Shown: positions 13,640-24,810 of the stretch, one piece after another | How positions within the stretch are numbered: position 1 is the first letter of the stretch | Layout: every line of letters starts with the position of its first letter | Origin: Octopus vulgaris | Taxonomy: Eukaryota | Assembly: GCA_951406725.2 (NCBI GenBank) | Contig: OX597816.1 | Span: 24,428,001-24,492,000, forward strand | Length of the DNA stretch: 64,000 nucleotides | Direction of reading: 5' to 3' | Translations under genes and position numbers: made by a program | Notes under the pieces: generated by a model | Seen by the model: the letters and a program-made list of their open reading frames with translations, nothing else | What the model was told of the DNA's origin: nothing | The model's database searches: none

Positions 13640-14100
13640 TGTAAATGTTAAAAAAAACAAAAAAAAAACACAAACTGGGACAAGAACGTGAAACATTTTG
13701 AAGACGACAAAAAAACACACAGACGGGACTTTCGAAGCTCTCAGTCATCAGTCAAGAACCAGATCATCTTCGCAATTTCGGCTGATTAATCTTGAGATTG
13801 CTCCAATCTGGGCAGCCCGCCAAGGGAAATCTAAGCCAATCGCATTAGATTCCTTGGAAGAAAACCTCGAAAGTATACAACACGGTGACGGAAAAACGGA
13901 CGATGTTACTCGAAAAAAATTCAAAAATACGTAAAAACAATAACGATAGCACGGATAAGAATACAAAATAACGTAAAAACAATAATAACAAAACCAGGAC
14001 GTCAGGACAAGCGTCTTTCGACAGGACGAGTTGAGTATAGGCTGGCTGTGGAACAAGTGCCTGAAGGCAAACGGAGCACAAACAAATACGTGTTGTCACA
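13640..14100. mobile_element. Unclassified interspersed repeat, possibly Penelope-like
   Basis: 'cagtcaagaacc.gatcatc...gcaatttcggctgat' recurs at 48055-48110; abuts (TA)n; similar A-rich style to 60-300. Confidence 0.45.
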
Positions 14101-14258
14101 CTAACTACTTGATGCGAAAAGGCAGTAGTAGCTGTAGATATTAGATAGGCGTAATTCGCCCCTGTTTTTCAATCTCAGTATTAAAGCTACGCATAGTAAT
14201 GATGTAGTACACGTACTGCGTGCGGAGGCGCAATGGCCCAGTGTTTAGGGCAGCGGAC

Positions 14259-15243
14259 GGATCTTTTCTTTTTGAAAGCCAGATTTTTCTAGTTAACTAA
14301 ATAATTTGAAACTTCGTATACTGGTAGAATGTGTCAAAAGAAAACAATTATTTCAACTAGTTTTTTTTGACAAAAATGTATTTTATAAGTTTATACGTAG
14401 TTTAAATCTGCGAATTTTAACCAATCGTATTCTCTGTATTCAGTTGAAATTATTTGCTCCGTCTAAACATATTGTTACTGTGACGTAAACAGCACACACG
14501 TACTGTTTACTTTGGATGAATAATAAACACATATTCAATGTGTTTGTATAGGCTTCGGGTGTTTTCTCTATACAATGTATATATTTACTATAAACTTGTG
14601 CACACACTTTGATTCTTCAGTTTGACACACGCCTTGAACCGGTTATTTGGCTTGTATGCACCCACATACACACACGTACCCATCCATATGCATACTCGCA
14701 CATAATCAGGGCCCCTCTGCGTTTTCGATCGTCGATGTGCTAGGAAAAACACCCAAATCCCCTTTAAAACCATATACTACTGGGTTAAAGGAAGGGTACA
14801 TTGGCTAATATAATCATAGATGCTATATCTGAAAAAAAGGGTGGGGGCGCAAAAATACGGGTTGGTCATAGTTGGAACCCTTTGATCCTCAACCGGATTT
14901 ATCAGGATGACCTGAGTTAAATAGCAATAACAATATATTTGTAATATTGATTATAGACACAAAGCATATATTTTGGGGTGAGTGGAGGGTATAATCATTT
15001 ATATCGATCTCCAATACTTGATCGATGTATTTTCTCGACCGTGGAAGAACAGACGGCTTGTTTTGAATTCCGGTGAGGGTTGAAACCCGAACGTATAGGA
15101 CCGTATGCCTAAACATTCTAACAGTCCTTTACCAAGCCCTTGTCAGCATGTAATATCATCTGATCCACATTATCTCTCTATTATTTGTCCACGCGTAAAA
15201 ATATATCATCAAGGTGACATAGTTAAACTTCGACGAAAAATAT
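14259..15243 (-). mobile_element. Inverted partial copy of 6058-7042 inserted in a family C SINE
   Basis: About 985 bp of reverse-complement near-identity; host SINE head at 14223-14258 resumes at 15244. Confidence 0.93.
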
Positions 15244-15793
15244 TTGTGTGTTTATTGAGCGAAAACACCTAAAAGCTCCACGAGTTTCCGGCAGAGGGTG
15301 GCGGTGACCCCTGTTGTACTCTTTCGCCCCAACTTTTTTTCACTATTTCTTGAGTAACGCTGCGATGGACTGGCGTCCCGTCCAGCTGGGGGGGGGGGGA
15401 CACATACGCCACGGGAACCGGGCCCATGAAAAGGACGCATAAATAAATAAACACGTGCTGCGTACACTGTTTTCTTTACAGGCTATAAAGGCAGAAGTAA
15501 ATCTGCTTTCAACTCAGTCGCGTGCCTCTATTACGTTTGTTTTGTGTGTTTTATTCCATAAAGGTCACCAACTACCTGAGTAATTACTGACAGCGCGTGC
15601 CTACATAATACACTAACCAAGTACGTTAAAGGCTTATAAGTAAATACTGCGTCCTACCTGTGTTAGCAGTGTGATTCAATCGTACTAGTTGCCAGGAATG
15701 TGTTTAATATGCAAAACTGGTATATCCAATTGTGATACGCCGCTAAACTTAGTGGCTGTTTAAGCAATGTGTTATAGTTAATGGCTTAGATCT

Positions 15794-15838
15794 GATGCTG
15801 AAGAAGGAACAATAAATCCTGAAATATCCATATACGTC
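15794..15838 (+). ncRNA. Minimal type I hammerhead ribozyme motif
   Basis: gatg-CUGAAGA-agga(acaataaa)tcct-GAAA-ta(tcca)ta-UA^cgtc; all three stems can be drawn. Confidence 0.55.
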
Positions 15839-16354
15839 CTTTACTTTTATTTTCGATCGCATTTTTTACATAGACGTATTCGTATACGAAACAGCGTAAC
15901 TTTCAGTGACGGCTCTAATTTCTATAGAAAATCTGTAGCAATAAGTTTACAAATAAACGTGCATATTCAGAAGGCAGTGAATGTCTACCAATGCATATAT
16001 TATACTTATAGTGTTTTGCATTAATCATGAGCCAAGAGACTTATACATATACAACAAGAGTAGAACACATTTGTGGCCAAGGTAATTTGTATAATTTAAG
16101 CAAATATGATCAAAGAGAAATAACTCAGGCTGGCCAGTGGGATATATTTGAACAACATAGACAAATTCAAATATGTCAAATACTATACAAAATAATTTTT
16201 GATTTATTAAAAGAGCCATTTCCATCTCAAGAAAATGCTATAATTACAAAATTGCAATTAAGACCGACTCTATCTGAGAAGTGGGGACAGTGACAAGAAT
16301 TAAATTCCTTTATCTTGAGGGTTCCAGTGCCCAGAAATGTACTGGCGGGAAATA

Positions 16355-16559
16355 CAGCAATCCATCGACTATCGCAGGTGTTACGTTCCAAAACCCCTCG
16401 CGATAGGTGAAAATCCGCGAAGTAGAAATAGTGCTGTATTGTATTTTTATTTTATTTTAATAATTTGTATATATTTATTTTATCATAAATGCAAAACAAC
16501 ACCACGGAGTAATCAACGTAAGCTTAAATAATAAACCGCGATATGGCGAAGGATTACTG
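16355..16559. mobile_element. pogo/Tigger-like MITE
   Basis: TIRs cagcaatccatcgactatcgcagg / ccgcgatatggcgaaggattactg, TA/CA flanks. Confidence 0.65.
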
Positions 16560-16581
16560 CATAATCATTTTATCTGATAAA

Positions 16582-16972
16582 CTCGCAGTTATTGCTCGGC
16601 GTTGCTCGGGTCTGTTTCGACCCTTTAGAATTGGAATTTTTGAAAAGTAAAAATTGTGCATTATGTAGCTTATTATTCTCTTTAAGTCAACATTTTTCTG
16701 GTTGAAATACACCGAAAAATGGCGACACAGCAGTCAAAAAATCGTAAAAAATAGGGATTTTCATAGAAAAAAAGCACCTTTTTGATGTAAATAATTTTTG
16801 GTGTTAACATGGTCCGATTTGAATTTTATCTTCCACGGAATGAAGAACAAGCCTTCTTCTATCATACTGTCAATTTTGGTCAACTTGCGCCGCAGAGTCT
16901 CGGAAGAGATAGTGTTAGTTGAAGGCTACCAAACCTGCCACACACAGACAACTTCAGCTTTATAAATATAGG
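16582..16972 (-). mobile_element. Non-autonomous Helitron, family 2
   Basis: Reverse-complement homologue of 20580-20956 with a degenerate hairpin/CTAG end. Confidence 0.8.
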
Positions 16973-19054
16973 TTAAGAGCTTGAGAGTTACAAATGTAGA
17001 AGGAGCGAATTGTAAAACAATATTTTTTCTTATTTTTTGTTTTTTTCCAAAATAGAAACTCGTACAAGAACAACAACAATAAGGGAGTTGCACCAAACCC
17101 CACTCGATGCGAACCTGTTTCGTTTTCTTTCGCTTTACTCACTCCGCACCAGCGCCATATTTAGGCATAAGAATAACAATCTTCATTCTTAGGCACTCAA
17201 AATACGCATTGGCATTTTTTTTTGTTATCTCGCCATCATTAAAAATTTGGGCTATCTCCCCACTAAAAAGTTTAGTTATTGTGGCGACAAGAGATTGGAT
17301 TAAAAGAGTCAGATCCTTTTGATTCAATACTTCAACACATTGTTGATATTTTGGCCTCCTCAATAGAAATTGTATGATTTGTTATAAAAATGTTATCATA
17401 AGTGTAGGAGCGGCAGTATGGTAAGTAGCTTGCTTACCAACCACATGGTTCCAGGTTCAGTCCCATTGTATGGCACCTTGAGCAAGTGTCTTCAACCTCG
17501 GGCCGACCAAAGCCTTGTGAGTGGATTTGGTAGACGGAAACGCAAAGAAGTCCGTCGTATATATGTGTTTATGTGTCTGTGTTTGTCCCGCCAATATCGC
17601 TTCACAACCGATGCTGGTGTGCTTACGGTTTTATGTCCCCGTAACTTAGCGGTTCGGCAACCGAGAGAATAAGTATTGGGCTTACAAAGAATAAGTCCTG
17701 AGGTCGATTTGCTCGACTAAAGGCGGTGGCTCTAGCATGGCCGCTGTGAAATGACTGAAACAAGTAAGAGAGTAAAAAAGAGATATTTCCGACGTAATAT
17801 ACCCCCCAAAATTACCCAAGGTGTCCTTCCATTTTTTAAGACGATTAGAATATCAAGCTGCTATTTCTAATACTTCGTACGACTACGTAACGACTTCTTC
17901 ATTGGTTCGTCTTTGTCCACATTTTTATTAGTTTTATTATTTGTTTTTATACTTTGCCAAATCAAGATTGGAGCCTGGTGCAGCCATCTGGTTCGCCAGC
18001 CCTCAGTCAAAATCGTCCAACCCATGCTAGCATGGGAAGCGGACGTTAAACGATGATGATGATGATGATGATGATGATTTCCTATTTCTTTCTGGAGGCA
18101 TTGACCTATACATTAGGGATAGAACTGATCGTTAATCCCATTGATTTCACGAAACCGGAAAAGCCTTAAAAAAAGATCACAGATGCTTCTTCACCTGCTC
18201 TGACTAACAAATAAAATAGATAATAACAATTATTAAAAAAATCTGAAGGCAACCAGTACAAACACAGCTACTATTTACCATTTTTGCTATCATGCTGTGA
18301 TTTACCAAATCAATTAGCAAAGTTCAAGGCCGCCCTTAAAGTAGTTTGAACCTGGAGACGCTCTGTTTCCCTTATCGCCAAATATATTACGCGTGATGTT
18401 TAGGAGAGTAAGCAGTGGAAATAACTTGCTTATATTGATCTTATACAAAAGGCATAATTGATAAATATTGTTTATCGAAAAGCGTGATATCGATCGCTGC
18501 TTCATTACTTCGTTTCGTGTGATGTAATAAAATAGCACCTTTGGTTGATTTTTTTTTTCGAATGTAAAGAACATCCCCAGAGGGAGTTTTTATCGACTAA
18601 TTGCATGGATAATTTCAGTTAATCGAAATTATTTTTTTCCTGCTGACTCTAACTGGCACTCCGTCGGTTACGACGGCGAATGTTGATCCGATCAACAGGA
18701 CAGCCTGCTTGTGAAATTAATGTGCGACTGGCCGAGTACTCCACAGACACGCGTACTCTAAACGTAGTCCTAAGGGAGATTCAGCGTGACACAGTGTATG
18801 GAAAGGCTAGCCCTTTAAATTACTGGTACAACTCATTTTTGCCAACTGAGTGGACTGGACCACTGTAGAATGATTGTCTTACTCAAGGATACAACGCAAA
18901 GCTGGGAATTGAACTCAACACTTGTGAACCAAATGCCCAAACCACTTAACCATGCACCTTCACACTCCTACACACTGTTATTACATAGGTAAGACCCAAG
19001 AGTATTAGGTGAAGATGTTACATAGAGATAGGCCCTAATATATATATATATATA

Positions 19055-19900
19055 CTAGCAGAATTGCCCGGCGTTGCTCGGGGCTGAATTGCTTGAAAGT
19101 ACTGTTAATGATTGCACTGAATTATGATGATTATTCAGGCAAATATTGAAATAAGCTTACGGTGGGAGATAAGGACTTAACGCCAAACGTGTGCCATTGC
19201 ATTGTTTTGGGGGAACCAAATTTCTGATGAGCATTATAGGGGCACTAACTTTAAGTTTGAGAAAGTGTGGTGGTAGTCCGGGGTGCTCAAAGGAATTGAG
19301 TACCTCTATTGGATAGTTGATGACGTCCTCTGGGTCAGGAGTTGTATCGATAGACTGATATACATCGACTTCCCCAGGAATGAGTTTTAGCATTTCATCA
19401 TTAATATGGTGAACAGTTTTATTCCTCGGGGCCAGTATAGCCTTTTTGCCAATCCAATCCATATTCTGATAATTAGCTTGTAAATCTGGGAACACTGCAT
19501 CTCTGAGATCAGAAGGCGTCTTAACAATGGTACAAATGGAATCGATGGCAATATTACCATTTTCATCCCCTGGTATTTTGCCTTCGCCAAGTGCAAGGAG
19601 GGTGTGAGGAAATGCTGGTGATGTGATATTACGTCGCATATGAGCACGCATATTGGTGTGAAGTTTGAGAGTTACTTCCGTTTATTTTAAAAAATATGCA
19701 TTAAAATGGAAAAAAATGATGGTAAATTATTTGTAAAATCATAGACTCATCGTAGACGCGCGCTAATACCCAGAAGGGCTCGATATGAATCACGACTATA
19801 AGATACCCGGTTTTGGTTAAACTGCATCGCAAAATGTGGGAGTAGTTAGGAATCTAAATCGGAGTAGACAGACACACAACCTTTCTTTTATATATAAATA
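19055..19900 (-). mobile_element. Helitron derivative carrying a PIF1-type helicase fragment
   Basis: Same 5' ~230 bp as the 7501 element; 3' hairpin cccgagcaacgccggg + CTAG|T at 19058-19054. Confidence 0.9.
19157..19675 (-). pseudogene. Helitron RepHel C-terminal helicase (PIF1 family) fragment
   Basis: LHTNMRA..LLALGEG..AILAPRN..IN..YQSID..GLPPHFLKLKVSAPIMLIRNL..CNGTRL, then frameshift and truncation. Confidence 0.9.
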
Positions 19901-19915
19901 CATACATACACACAC

Positions 19916-19947
<32 letters not shown>

Positions 19948-19969
19948 ACATGCATACATACATATACAC

Positions 19970-20553
19970 ATAAACCGAGTAAAAAATCTCAGTTATCTCT
20001 CTCTTTCACACATTACTCTCTCTGTCTCTTCACACACACTAACAGAAGCACTTCACTTACACAACATACTGTCTGTCTCCCACACTCCATCAAACACACA
20101 CACACACACACATGTACATCAATGAGTCCCATGCACGGTAACTTCAAAGGAACTTCCCTCGTCATACAATCGCTTTCTCTTAGTCTCTTTCGCTCTCATT
20201 ACTTATGTAAAAAAATAAAAGTTTTTTCTATGTGTGTAAAGAGGAAGTGGGAGGCAGAGTGAAAGAATCACTCACTACAGTAAGTGAATTACTTTCATTT
20301 TATTCCTTGCCCACTGTGTGTGTGCGTTTGCGTGTGGTGTAACCAGACTAAGAAAAGCATTTGACACACACACCAGAATGTGAGTTTTCTGTAAATTTTG
20401 CTTAATTGGAGTTTAAATTTTAAAAACTGGACCTGGCATGACGCGATGCATTGTACTCTTAAAACTGCCAGGTAAATTGTAATTGAAGAAATCCTATATT
20501 GTAGATTTGTATAACTCCCAAAGGGAGGCAGATAAAATCTGCCTTTTATAATA

Positions 20554-20558
<5 letters not shown>
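19970..20558 (-). mobile_element. Probable Helitron, family 3, 5' part
   Basis: A|TCtcttattataaaagg 5' terminus at 20558; 3' end not identified. Confidence 0.5.
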
Positions 20559-20579
<21 letters not shown>

Positions 20580-20590
<11 letters not shown>

Positions 20591-20956
20591 CTAAAGTCTG
20601 TATATGGCAGGTTTGGTAGCCTTCAACTAACACTATCTCCTCAGAGACCCTGCGGCGCAAGTTGACCAAAATTGAGAGTATGATAGAAGGCTTGCTCTTC
20701 CTTACGTAGAAGAAAAAATTCAAATCGGACCTTGCTAACACCAAAAATTATTTACATCAAAAGGTGCTTTTTTTTATGAAAATCTTATTTTTTACGATTT
20801 TTTGACTGCCGTGTTGCCATTTTTCGGTGTATTTCAACCAGGAAAATGTTCACTTAAAGAGAATAACAAGCTACATAATGCAAAATTTTTACTTCTCAAA
20901 AATTCCAATTCTAAAGGGTCGAAACAAAACCGAGCAATGCCGGGCGATACTGCTAG
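20580..20956 (+). mobile_element. Non-autonomous Helitron, family 2
   Basis: Ends ccgagcaatgccgggcgatactgCTAG|T; 5' end merges with (TA)n. Confidence 0.85.
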
Positions 20957-21809
20957 TGTAAAATATATTGGTTTCGAATTTTTAAACAATTACGGAAGAG
21001 GGGTTAAGTCGATTACATCGACCCCGGTCGGTGTTAAACTGGTACCTATTTTGTCGATCTCGAAAGGATGAAAGGCAAAGTCGACCCCGGCGGAATTTGA
21101 CCTCAGAATGTAAAGACGGAAGAAATGACGCTAAGCATTAAGTCCAACTTGCTTACGATTCTTTTTTTTTTATTGCCCACAAGGGGCTAAACATAGAAGA
21201 GACAAAGGGATTGTTGATTATATCGGCCCCAGTGCGTAACTGGTACTTAATTTATCCCCCCCCCCCAGGATGAAAGGCAAAGTCGACCTTGGCAGAATTT
21301 GAACTCAGAACGTAAAGATAGACGAAATACCGCTAGGCATTTTGCCCGGCATGCTAACGATTCGGCTAGCTCGCCGCCTTCTAGTACTTGCTTATGATTC
21401 TGTCAGCTCATCGCCTTTCTAGTATAAAATATATTAAATATTTATTAAACATATGGGATACACAGGTATAACCCCATGCTAACCCAACAGAGGGACTAGT
21501 GATTTAAGCTGACAGATGTGTGGATATGAAGGACAAGAAGAGGGCCCATCAGATGCGGGTCCACCAGGGATTGTTACAGAGATGCTTAAAATATCTTTGG
21601 AAGTAGGATACAAGATTACTACCTAGATAGTTAATCAGGTCATACAGAAGTAACGGTATCGTTGTAAACAATGTTAACTGCCAAATAACAGTTTACTTAT
21701 TATTTTCGCTTTTTTCTTGTACATGTATATATCCAAAAACAACAGGAACTTCAATAATGGTAATAATATTAGTTTGAAATTCTGGCTCACAGGAGGGGTA
21801 AGTCAATTA

Positions 21810-22020
21810 TAAGGGGGTGCTGAAAAGTTCTTTAAGGATATCTTTAAGGCCTGGCTGGAGTCCCAACCTTCCAAGTTCTTTTGCAAGGCTTAGAAAAACT
21901 GAAGGACCACTGCAATAAGTGTGTGAATCTGAGAAGGGAATATGTTGATTAAAATCATAATTAACTGATCCGTCTGTATTTTCTTTTACCCAAAGCCAGG
22001 AACATTTCAGCACTACCTCG
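21810..22020 (+). mobile_element. Mariner deletion derivative (MITE) nested in a SINE
   Basis: TIRs taagggggtgctgaaaagttc / gaacatttcagcactacctcg, TA flanks, retains the transposase tail GLEKLKDHCNKCVNLRREYVD*. Confidence 0.8.
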
Positions 22021-23727
22021 TAAATCAAGCCCAGTATTCAACTGGTACTTGATTTATCGACCCCGAAAGAATGAAAGGCAAAGTCAACCTCAGTGGAATT
22101 TGAACTCAGTACGTAAAGACATGAAATGACACGAAGTATTTTGCCTGGCTTGCTAACAATTCTGCCAGCTCACCACATCTAGTGTGTAATGGTGGTTTCA
22201 AATTTTGGCACAAGGCCAGCAAGTCTGGGGAAGGACGTAAGTTGACTACATCAACCCCAGTACTTAACTGGTACTTGTTTTATCAATGCCAAAGAGATGA
22301 AAGGCAAAGTCGAACTCAGTGGAATTTGAACTCAGAATGTAAGGACAGACAGAATGCTGCTAAGCACTTTGCCCAATCTGCTAATGACTTTCCCAGCTCG
22401 TCACCTTAATGGCCCTTTCTCCTATAGGCACAAGGCCTGAAACTTTGTGGGAGGGCGGGGGAGGGCTAATTGATTACATTGGCTCTGGCTCCAGTGCGTA
22501 ACTGAGGAATTTCAACCGTGTTTTGTGGTCTGCTACCACAACAGCTCCTTTATAGGATCCAGTTAGCTCAAGACATCATCAGGAGGAACCACGTCTGGTT
22601 TTGGCCCCTACTCCTCCACCGTTTTGATGTGGCGGGTCCCCCCACCCTTTCAAAGGTGACTTCAGCTCTGGTGTTGGGTGCATGTCTTCTTTCTTCTTCT
22701 TTCTTCTGTTTCCTGGCCTCTTCGATGTAGCGTCAACGAGTGTCAACAGGCAACTGCCTGTCTTTTCAAATTTCCCTTTAAATACCTGCTGCTAGGCTCC
22801 AGCAGGTAGTCCCAGCAAGTTGTCACATGACACTGTCTCAACTTTAACTGACCAATGGAGGGTGCATAGTCTTAGCCCATGCATTCTCTAAACGAGACCG
22901 TCACCTGTCAATCAGCGAAGCTAATTCAGTGTCAGCTTGTCTCACCTAGTGATGTTATTTCCTGCCGGCATGTAATGACTTTCAAGACATTTTTGGTCTT
23001 CCCGCTTCAGCCATATATAGAAGCTGGCTTTTTCGACCACCTCCTGTACTCTCTTTATTAGCTTTCTCAGTTCCGAGCTCTCAGTTCATCAAAAAAATGA
23101 AAGGAAAAGTCAACCTCGGCAGAATTTGAACCCAGAATGTAAAAACAGTTGAAATGCTGCTAAGCATTTCGCTCAGAGTGCGAACGATTCTGCCAGCTCA
23201 CCACCCTAATAACGGTAATATCCTTTTCTACTCTAGGCACAAGGCCTGAAATTTTTCGAGCAGTTGATTAGATCGACCCAAGTACCCAACTGGTGCTTCA
23301 TTTATCGACCCCAAAAGGATGAAAGGCAAAGTTGACCTCAGCGGAATTTGAACTCAGAACATAAAAACAGACTAAATACCACTAAGCATTTCGCCTGAGG
23401 TGCTACCATTTGATAATAATAATAATAATAATGAGGCAAAAATAACAACAATAACAATAAGTTATTAACAACAACAACAATAATAATAATAATGATAATG
23501 TTTTATAATAATTATTTCAAATTTTTGCCACAAGGGCAGCTTGGGGGAAGTGGGGATGAGTTGATTACATTGCCCCCATCCGTGTTCAACTGGTACTTAT
23601 TTTATCAACCCCGAAAGGATGACAGGCAAAGTTGAGCTCGGTGTAATTTGAACTCAGAACTTAGCGACGAGCAAAATACTGCTGAGCATTTCGTCCAGTG
23701 TGCTAACAATTCTACCAGCTCTCCGCC

Positions 23728-23767
<40 letters not shown>

Positions 23768-24681
23768 TCAAACCAGTACTGGACTAGTACTTATTTTATT
23801 GACTCCTCAAAAGGCAAAATTGATTCTGTGAGGATTTGAATTTTTATATTCTGCGTTCAGAATATTCAGAGTATTAAGAGATGGCTGGTTTTTTTTTTGT
23901 TTGTTTTTGTTTTGTTTTGTTTTTTTCTCTTTGTTTTGTTTTTTTTTCTTTTGTTTTTTATTCAGAAAAAAGAAAAAATTCTAAGGAAAAGTGATTAATA
24001 AGGACGGTACAAAAATGCAATGCATATAGTTTAAGGAAAAGTACAAAGAAGTACTAATGATAATGGTATAAATAGTTGTTTCTACTAAAGGCACAAGGCT
24101 TGAAAATTTGGGAGAGGACGGGTAGTCGATTACATTAACCCCAGGGTTCAACTGGTATTTATTTTATCAACCATGAAAGGCTGAAAGGCAAAGTCAACCT
24201 CAGCAGAATTTGAATAATAATAACATTAATAATAATAAGCAGTTTCTAATTTAGATACAAGGCCAGCAATTTTGAAGGGCAGTTGTTAGTTGATACCATC
24301 AACCACAGTAGTTTTCTGGTACTTTATTTTACCCACCCTGGAAATATGAAAGACAAAATTTGCCTCAGTGCTATTTGAACTCAGAATATATACAGCTGGA
24401 ACAAATACCACAAAGAATTTTCTTTGATATTCCAACGATTCTGCTAGCAATTGTTTCTAATATAGGCACAAGGCCTGAAGTCTGAGAGGAACGGTTTAGT
24501 AAATTCCATTCATTGCGGTACTAGATTTGTACCTTGTTTTACAGATCCTAAATTAAAAATGAAAAAGCCAAGATGATCTTGGCAATACTTGGGATAATAT
24601 TTGTTTTGTATTGTTTGTTTTTTGGGGTTTTTTTTTTTTTAAAGACATTTCTATTTAGAAATTAAATTTAGAAAAAAAATT

Positions 24682-24810
24682 TTAAAACTTTAATGTTAGA
24701 AAGTAGATTTTGCCGAGTTGGTCTCCAGCAATGATATGAATATCTCCGGCCTGTGTCCGTTGGCAGAAAGTCATATTAGTTACAGGTGCTACGCAGTAAA
24801 ACTGAGCAAT
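24682..24810 (-). CDS. TEP1: TEP1 terminal coding exon: IAQFYCVAPVTNMTFCQRTQAGDIHIIAGDQLGKIYFLTLKF*
   Basis: Polypyrimidine tract + tttcag acceptor, TAA stop at 24684-24682, TEP1-like C-terminus. Confidence 0.92.
   Translation of the reverse strand: MAQFYCVAPVTNMTFCQRTQAGDIHIIAGDQLGKIYFLTLKF

Noticed and set aside
16027-16293. 88-aa ORF
   Set aside because: QWDIFEQHR..ILYKII resembles the decayed 3' part of a CR1/L2-type LINE. Other weak LINE scraps lie at about 21520-21680, 22510-22740 and 25440-25830.
19157-19651. PIF1 helicase as a host gene or telomere-related partner of TEP1
   Set aside because: Truncated, frameshifted, intronless and bounded by Helitron termini; its proximity to TEP1 is coincidental
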